In this document: positions 26,718 to 32,000 of the stretch, piece by piece | Layout of the letters: each line of letters opens with the position of its first letter | How positions within the stretch are numbered: the stretch's first letter is position 1 | DNA from: Candidatus Saccharimonadota bacterium | GTDB taxonomy: Bacteria > Pseudomonadota > Alphaproteobacteria > CAJXXZ01 > 1604HC | DNA length: 32,000 nt | Reading direction: 5' to 3' | NCBI RefSeq assembly: GCF_008189525.1 | Contig: NZ_CP043314.1 | Span: 180,001 to 212,000, forward strand | Program-made: the position numbers and the translations under genes | The notes under the pieces: generated by a model | The model's input: only the letters and a program-made list of their open reading frames with translations | What the model was told of the DNA's origin: nothing | Databases searched by the model: none

Positions 26718-27386
26718 TTATTTGTTGTTTACCTTATTTGCTTGATTATCATGTTTTTCTATATTTGCTTGATTTTGCTTTCCAACCCAGACAAATTGAA
26801 TTTTATGCCAATCTCGATTTACATTAACTATGTTCTTTGAATTATAATTACCAATTAAAATATTTTTGTAATCATTATGTGCTAAATAAATATTTGAGTT
26901 CTCTTTCAGTTTATGTTCTTTTTCAGATTTTATGATTTTAAGATTTGTTATATTTCCTTGTAGAATAAATTTATTTCCGTATTCATCAACAGCAGGAATG
27001 GATACATTTTTCTTAGTAATTGGAATGCATAATCCTTTGTTATAAAACCCCACTAACCTACCGTTATGGATTAACAAAGCATTTTCCAGATCTTTTTCTG
27101 AAGATAATCTATTGGATTTAAGTTGTATTACTACATTTCCATTCATTGTTAATGGTGTTTTTAATTCAGCTACAAAAAAATCGTCATTTGCATTTTCAGA
27201 AGTAGAAATTTGAAGTATTTTCTTCATGGTCGCATTTTTCTCTAAAAGATTTCTATATTGGGTTTTATACTGTTCTATTTGACATTCGATTTCTTTAATG
27301 TTTATTAAATTTCCATCATATAGGAAATTAGTAATGAAGAATAATATATTCTTAAAAAATAGTAATACCAATGCAAAAAAATACAT
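26718..27386 (-). CDS. mreC: Bitopic membrane protein with a coiled coil and beta-rich domain; probable MreC
   Basis: ATG at 27384-27386 is preceded by GGGAGG; the track's first M is a TTG. The layout is TM (FFALVLLFFKNILFFITNFL), then a coiled coil (IKEIECQIEQYKTQYRNLLEKNATMKKIL), then IHNGRLVGFYNKGLCIPITKKNVSIPAVDEYGNKFILQGN. This resembles the MreC pattern G.VG.V......V.li.d....ipv......g..gil.G. Confidence 0.5.
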   Translation of the reverse strand: MYFFALVLLFFKNILFFITNFLYDGNLINIKEIECQIEQYKTQYRNLLEKNATMKKILQISTSENANDDFFVAELKTPLTMNGNVVIQLKSNRLSSEKDLENALLIHNGRLVGFYNKGLCIPITKKNVSIPAVDEYGNKFILQGNITNLKIIKSEKEHKLKENSNIYLAHNDYKNILIGNYNSKNIVNVNRDWHKIQFVWVGKQNQANIEKHDNQANKVNNK

Positions 27387-27597
27387 CAAACCTCCCGATA
27401 AGTTAATTTACAATCTACAGATCAATCTAAATTTATTAAAATAAAATTAATTTCAGATAAAATAATTTCAATAACAATTAATTATTAACTTCTACATATA
27501 TAAATTACTAAATAAATACTTAAGAAAAAATAGTTTTTTTGTTAAAGACTGTGAAAAGTAAGATATAAGAGGTAGTATTCTTCTGAAGGTTTTTTGT

Positions 27598-28428
27598 GTG
27601 GATTTAGTAATATTGGACGGATTTAGTATTTTGTTTAGGAATTTCTTTGGAATGAGTTCTTTGTATAACTCTGAGGGATTGCCTATTGGTGGAGCAGTGG
27701 GTTTTTTAAATACTATTTTTAAAGTTATGAAAAAATACAGGCCAGATTATATATGTATTGCCCTAGATAGCGGAGAGAAAACCTGGAGGCATAATTTATA
27801 TTCAGATTACAAATCAAACAGGAAAAAAACTCCAGAAGATTTAATTCCACAATTCCCTATAATACATGAAATGTGTGAAACGCTTAATTTAAATATATTT
27901 AAAGGCGGTGAGTGTGAAGCTGATGATTGGATAGGTTCTATTTCTAAGAAATATCAGAGTAACTGTTCAAATGTAGTGGTTTGTTCTTGTGATAAGGATT
28001 TGATGCAACTTGTAGAAAATAATGTATTTTTCGTCAATCCATTTAAATTTCAAAAAATGTATGAAGAAGATGTTGTGGAAAAAATGGGTGTAAGTCCAAA
28101 TCAAATCCCTGATTTATTTGGTTTGACAGGAGATGCAAGCGATTGCATCCCAGGTGTTCCTAATGTAGGGGCTAAAACAGCTAGCTCTTGGTTAAACGAA
28201 TTTAAAACTTTGGAAGGTGTGATAGATAATTTAGGTCATTTAAAACCTTTAAGTAGAAGAGGCAGCTTATCAGGGAATATAGAGCAAGCCCATTTATCTA
28301 AGACTCTTGCTACATTGAAATTGGATTTAGATTTGCCAGAAATACATGATCTTAAAACAAATTATGATAAAGATTTATTGTTAGATTTAATTCGTAAATA
28401 CAAAATGGAAAAGCATATTAGGTTCTAA
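27598..28428 (+). CDS. Stand-alone 5'-3' exonuclease (Pol I N-terminal-domain/FEN family)
   Basis: LVILDGFSILFRNFF, ECEADDWIGS, CSCDKDLMQLV and the H3TH region GLTGDASDCIPGVPNVGAKTA are all present. The 276-aa ORF ends with no polymerase domain following. GTG start has GAAGG upstream. Confidence 0.88.
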   Translation: MDLVILDGFSILFRNFFGMSSLYNSEGLPIGGAVGFLNTIFKVMKKYRPDYICIALDSGEKTWRHNLYSDYKSNRKKTPEDLIPQFPIIHEMCETLNLNIFKGGECEADDWIGSISKKYQSNCSNVVVCSCDKDLMQLVENNVFFVNPFKFQKMYEEDVVEKMGVSPNQIPDLFGLTGDASDCIPGVPNVGAKTASSWLNEFKTLEGVIDNLGHLKPLSRRGSLSGNIEQAHLSKTLATLKLDLDLPEIHDLKTNYDKDLLLDLIRKYKMEKHIRF

Positions 28429-28623
28429 GAAAATTAAATAAAAAGCAAAAGAATTGTTATTGAAAAGATTGTTATAAAATATTTACTGGTATTAAAAAGA
28501 CTTTATGATTATTAATATAATTCTAAAACTAATGTTGAAGTTATTACACAAGGCAGGTGGATTAAATTTTTTACTTTTCTTATTTGGTTTGACTTTTATA
28601 TATAATTCTAAGTAACATTGCTT

Positions 28624-29667
28624 ATGATACGTAAATTTTTTAGCAAATTTATAAATAAAATGTCTAAAAGTCTAGCTATAGATCTTGGTACAGCAAATAC
28701 ACTTATTCTTACACATGATGGAAAATTGATTAATGAACCATCTGTTGTTGCAATACAGGAAAATAATGGAAGCAAGAAGGTTCTGTGTGTAGGTTCTGAA
28801 GCAAAGAAAATGCTTGGAAGAACTCCGGAAAACACATATGCAATTAGACCAATGAGAGATGGAGTTATTAGCGATTTCATCATAGCTGAAGAAATGATCA
28901 AACATTTCATGAGATTAGCTAACTCAGATAAAGGACTTATTAATCCTAAGGTTATTATAGGTGTTCCTGCAGGAGCAACTATTGTAGAGAGAAGAGCTAT
29001 ACAAGACGCTGCTAAAAGTGCAGGAGCTAGGTATGTGCAACTTGTAAAAGAGCCTATGGCAGCTGCAATAGGGGCTGGTTTGCCGGTTTCAGATCCTATG
29101 GGTTCAATGGTTGTAGATATAGGTGGTGGAACAACTGAAATAGCTATACTTTCTTTGGGAGGAATAGTTATTGCTGAATCCTGTAGAGTTGGTGGAGATA
29201 GAATGGACTCTGCAATTGCTGAGTACGTCAAAAACGAATTTCAGATCAGCATAGGTGAATCTACAGCAGAGCTTATTAAAACAAGAATAGGTGCTGCTAC
29301 ATTGCCTCCTGGAGCAGAAGATAAATCATTTATAATCAATGGTTTTGATAGAGTTTCAGGAGCTCCTAAGAGAATAGAAATAAAATCTTCTGACGTAGTA
29401 AAGAGTATTGAAACTCCTTTGATAGAAATTTGTTCTAGGATAAAAGCTGTACTAGATCAAGCCCCTCCAGAATTAGCATCTGATATAGCAGAATCTGGAA
29501 TATGCTTAAGTGGTGGTGGAGCTTTGATAAAAAACATAGATGTGTTTTTTAATTCAAGGCTTGGTCTTAAGTTTTTCCCAGCTGATGATGCGTTGATGTG
29601 TGTTGTTAAGGGTGCTGCGAAAATACTTTATGAAATGGACGATTTAAAACTAGAATCTGAGCAGTAA
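28624..29667 (+). CDS. mreB: Rod-shape-determining actin homologue MreB
   Basis: [29 protein letters not shown] parallels the E. coli [25 protein letters not shown] N-terminus. Also present are [10 protein letters not shown] and [12 protein letters not shown]. The ATG at 28624 is preferred over the TTG at 28618. Confidence 0.95.
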   Translation: [347 protein letters not shown]

Positions 29668-29858
29668 GTAGAATTTAAATAATATATTTACTAAATGAAG
29701 TGTAAGATCTGAAATTAAATTTAGTAATATTTATACTTATAGTGTTTTGAAATTATAATGAAATTTATATTTAAGTAAAAACTAAATAAAAATATTAGAT
29801 TCAGAATGATTAAGTTAATCTATTAAGAAAATTAAACATAGAAATAGGCAGTAAATAA

Positions 29859-31067
29859 ATGAATATAACAGAAGAGAAGTTAAATAAAGGTATAGAAGAG
29901 ATAAAAGAAAGAGGTTTGGTTTATCAACAAACTGATGATGTAAGGAAGTCTGAAATTACTTTTTATATGGGAGTGGATCTTACAGCTGAAAGTTTACACA
30001 TAGGTCATTTAGTTCCTTTAAAAATAGTAGACATACTTTCTAAACATGGAAATAAGCCAATTATACTTCTTGGAGAAGGAACAACTATGATAGGGGATCC
30101 TTCTATGCGTAATAATGAAAGGCCTATGTTAGAAAAATCTTCCATAAAGAGAAATATGGAGTTTATTAAGAATCAAATAAAAAAGATATCCCCTAATGCT
30201 ATTTATGTAAATAATTTGGATTGGATTTCAAAAACTAATTTTATAGATTTTCTTAGAGATGTAGCTAGCAAGTTTTCAGTTAATCAAATGGTGAATTTGG
30301 AAACTTTTAAGAATAGGTTGAATAACAACTTACCACTTAGTTTTCTGGAATTTTCGTATCCTTTATTACAGTCTTTTGATTTTCTTGAATTATATAAAAA
30401 ATATGACTGTGAACTGCAAATTGGTGGTTCTGATCAATGGGGTAATATTATAAATGGAGTAAATTTACTTAAAAAATCAGGTGCAAAAAGTGCTTATGGG
30501 ATTACAACCCCACTTCTTCTTAGAGGTGGAAAAAAAATGGGCAAAACCACTTCAAACCCAATTTGGTTGGACAAAAACCTTACTTCTTGTTTTGATTTTT
30601 GGCAATTTTGGAGAAGTATCCCAGATTCAGATGTAGAATCTTACATGTTAAAATTCACTGATCTCAAAAAAGATCAAATATTAGAGAAAATAAGAAATAA
30701 TATTAATGAAGCTAAAAAACACCTTGCTGATTGTGTTACTTGTTGGGTTCATGGAAAAGAAATTTCTGAAGAAGTGCGTAATAAAGCAGAGAAAATTTTC
30801 GAACAAGGAAGTGAAGATGCTTATTTGGATTTGGTATGTGATTTTGATGGTAATAATGTTAGTGAAAATGGAGAGTTACTTCTTTACAACTTGCTTTTTA
30901 AAAAAGGTCTGGCTAAATCTTTATCTGATGCAAAAAGGAAAATTTCAGACAAGTCTGTGAAAATTAATGGAAAAGTGGAAATGGACTACAAATATGAAAT
31001 TAATCCTGAGCAAGATAGTATTTTGGAAATTGGTAAAAAATTAAAATTTAAGTTGAAATTTAATTAA
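29859..31067 (+). CDS. tyrS: Tyrosyl-tRNA synthetase
   Basis: HIGH motif is in TAESLHIGHL. GGSDQWGNI is present. The KMSKS-equivalent is KKMGKT. There is a C-terminal S4-like domain (LAKSLSDAKRKISDKSVKINGK). Confidence 0.92.
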   Translation: MNITEEKLNKGIEEIKERGLVYQQTDDVRKSEITFYMGVDLTAESLHIGHLVPLKIVDILSKHGNKPIILLGEGTTMIGDPSMRNNERPMLEKSSIKRNMEFIKNQIKKISPNAIYVNNLDWISKTNFIDFLRDVASKFSVNQMVNLETFKNRLNNNLPLSFLEFSYPLLQSFDFLELYKKYDCELQIGGSDQWGNIINGVNLLKKSGAKSAYGITTPLLLRGGKKMGKTTSNPIWLDKNLTSCFDFWQFWRSIPDSDVESYMLKFTDLKKDQILEKIRNNINEAKKHLADCVTCWVHGKEISEEVRNKAEKIFEQGSEDAYLDLVCDFDGNNVSENGELLLYNLLFKKGLAKSLSDAKRKISDKSVKINGKVEMDYKYEINPEQDSILEIGKKLKFKLKFN

Positions 31068-31169
31068 CCGTAAGCATAGCTCTAATTGAAGTGAGTGAGC
31101 TTATTAGTGCTTTCAATAGTGTATCTTTTTATCTTTTTGTGTTAATATATCCAGACTTATGGAGGTTAA

Positions 31170-31481
31170 GTGTCTATAGAAGTAAATAATATACATAGAA
31201 TTAAGCCAATCGCTAGCTATATCGTGGTTAAGGTGTTAGAAGAAACAAAGACTACAAGTAGAGGTATTCTTCTTCCTAATTCAAAAGAATCTCCACAAAA
31301 AGGCGAGATAATATCTGTTGGTCCTGGAAAGAAAAGCGAGAGCGGACAATTAAAGGAAATAGATTTGAAGCAAGGGCAGGTTGTCGTTTTTGGAGAATAT
31401 GCCGGAACACTTATTGCTCAAGATGAATCCAGTAAATATCTATTAATAAAAGAAGAAGATGTTTACGGAACATACGAATAA
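31170..31481 (+). CDS. groES: Co-chaperonin GroES
   Basis: IKPIASYIVVKVLEE.KTTSRGILLPNS...PQKGEIISVGPG...LKQGQVVVFGEYAG. At 103 aa the size fits. GTG start with GGAGG upstream (tatGGAGGttaaGTG). Confidence 0.9.
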   Translation: MSIEVNNIHRIKPIASYIVVKVLEETKTTSRGILLPNSKESPQKGEIISVGPGKKSESGQLKEIDLKQGQVVVFGEYAGTLIAQDESSKYLLIKEEDVYGTYE

Positions 31482-31486
31482 AATTA

Positions 31487-31528
31487 TTTTTTATTTAGAT
31501 TGTTTTATTTAGGTTGTTTTATTTAGTT
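31487..31528. repeat. Three tandem 14-nt repeats (consensus TGTTTTATTTAGNT) directly after the groES stop
   Basis: ttttttatttagat / tgttttatttaggt / tgttttatttagtt, read directly from the sequence and contiguous. They begin 6 nt after the TAA at 31479-31481. Confidence 0.8.
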
Positions 31529-31635
31529 TTTGTTCGTTAATTTAATTTTAAAATTGATATCAAGCTTATTAATATATTGAATAGTTGGGTATTGAACAAT
31601 TTGTTGTTTAAAATATTTTTTGTTTTTATGCAGAA

Positions 31636-31664
31636 TTGACTGAGTGGAAATTAAATAGTTAAAT
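31636..31664 (+). promoter_or_regulatory. Candidate sigma70-type promoter inside the groES-groEL spacer
   Basis: TTGACT (31636-31641), a 17-nt spacer, then TTAAAT (31659-31664), about 40 nt upstream of the groEL start. Chance matches are common in AT-rich DNA, although a -35 hexamer containing G and C is less likely by chance. Confidence 0.25.
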
Positions 31665-31702
31665 ATTTTACGTAATTTTATGTTTTAGAAAGGAAAAATC
31701 AA

Positions 31703-32000
31703 TTGTCAAATAGAATTTTAATTGGATCAGAATCTCGTTCTAGTATTTTGAAAGGTATTAATGATGCTTCAAATATAATAAAGAAAACATTAGGTCCTTC
31801 AGGTAGACTTGCTTTAGTGGATGAAGGAATGTCTATTAGATTTACAAAAGATGGAGTTAGTGTTGCAAAGGCGATAGATTTGTCTGATAAATCTGAAAGC
31901 ATTGGAGTGAAGTTAGTTCAAAAGGTTGCTTCAAAGACAGTAGATACAGCAGGTGATGGAACAACTACATCCGTCGTTGTTTTCCAATCGTTAGTTAACA
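31703..32000 (+). CDS. groEL: Chaperonin GroEL, N-terminal part (continues beyond the window)
   Basis: Not in the ORF track because it has no stop in the window. Translation from the TTG at 31703 (AAGGA lies 8 nt upstream) gives SNRILIGSESRSSILKGINDASNIIKKTLGPSGRLALVDEGMSIRFTKDGVSVAKAIDLSDKSESIGVKLVQKVASKTVDTAGDGTTTSVVVFQSLV. This is colinear with the E. coli AKDVKFGNDARVKMLRGVN...TLGPKGRNVVL...TKDGVSVAREIEL...AGDGTTTATVLAQ. An in-frame TAA at 31673-31675 limits any upstream extension. Confidence 0.9.
   Translation, partial: MSNRILIGSESRSSILKGINDASNIIKKTLGPSGRLALVDEGMSIRFTKDGVSVAKAIDLSDKSESIGVKLVQKVASKTVDTAGDGTTTSVVVFQSLVN

Noticed and set aside
28608-29231. 207-aa ORF on the minus strand (also 28672-28905)
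   Set aside because: It lies entirely antisense to the highly conserved mreB coding sequence. Its A/P/S/I-rich translation is the typical shadow of a Gly/Ala/Ile-rich gene read backwards. It has no SD and no recognisable motif.
29687-29727. Inverted repeat TTTACTAAAT ... ATTTAGTAA after the mreB stop, considered as a rho-independent terminator
   Set aside because: The stem is all A/T apart from one pair, the loop is about 22 nt, and no T-run follows. This is indistinguishable from chance in this composition.
31086-31116. Imperfect inverted repeat TTGAAGTGAGTGAGCTTATTAGTGCTTTCAA upstream of groES, considered as a CIRCE/HrcA operator or an RpoH promoter
   Set aside because: Only the outer TTGAA/TTCAA arms pair. 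The inner sequence does not match the CIRCE consensus TTAGCACTC-N9-GAGTGCTAA in either half-site arrangement. No CCCCAT-type -10 follows the TTGAA at proper spacing.
31699-31902. 67-aa minus-strand ORF near the window end
   Set aside because: It is antisense to the clearly recognisable groEL N-terminal coding sequence on the plus strand.

Overview
AT-rich (by eye, well over two-thirds A+T), gene-dense bacterial chromosome segment that reads cleanly with the standard code. I see no transposase, integrase, phage gene, rRNA or CRISPR array.

Most genes are core housekeeping. In window order they are nrdJ (3' part), obg, a small membrane ORF plus mrdA (PBP2), tRNA-Asp, ileS, glyS, glyQ, a HemX/HemY-like pair, plsY, dprA, topA, alr, trxB, an MreC-like gene, a stand-alone 5'-3' exonuclease, mreB, tyrS, groES and groEL (5' part).

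The gene set looks like a reduced, host-associated alphaproteobacterium. This rests on two-subunit GlyRS, the TopA C-terminal repeats, the separate 5'-3' exonuclease, the HemX/HemY-like pair, and long AT-rich spacers. It is inference only.

The main finding is a family of five divergent paralogous genes at 2932-3753(+), 9363-10142(-), 18766-19683(-), 22326-23108(-) and 23268-24155(-).
- Each encodes a 260-305 aa protein with an N-terminal signal peptide.
- They share the same ordered conserved blocks, including a C-x5-C-[RK]-V motif.
- In one copy both cysteines are replaced together.
- The copies sit singly or in tandem between essential genes, once splitting the dprA-topA pair.
- I recognise no characterised domain in them. 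I propose an undescribed secreted or envelope protein family, plausibly involved in host or surface interaction.

Secondary observations:
- a translationally coupled HemX/Mic60-like plus HemY-like pair;
- large N/S/K/D/E-rich low-complexity insertions in GlyS, DprA and NrdJ;
- rod-shape genes scattered rather than in one operon;
- an unusually long, repeat-containing groES-groEL spacer;
- several non-ATG starts, where the ORF-track N-termini need trimming.
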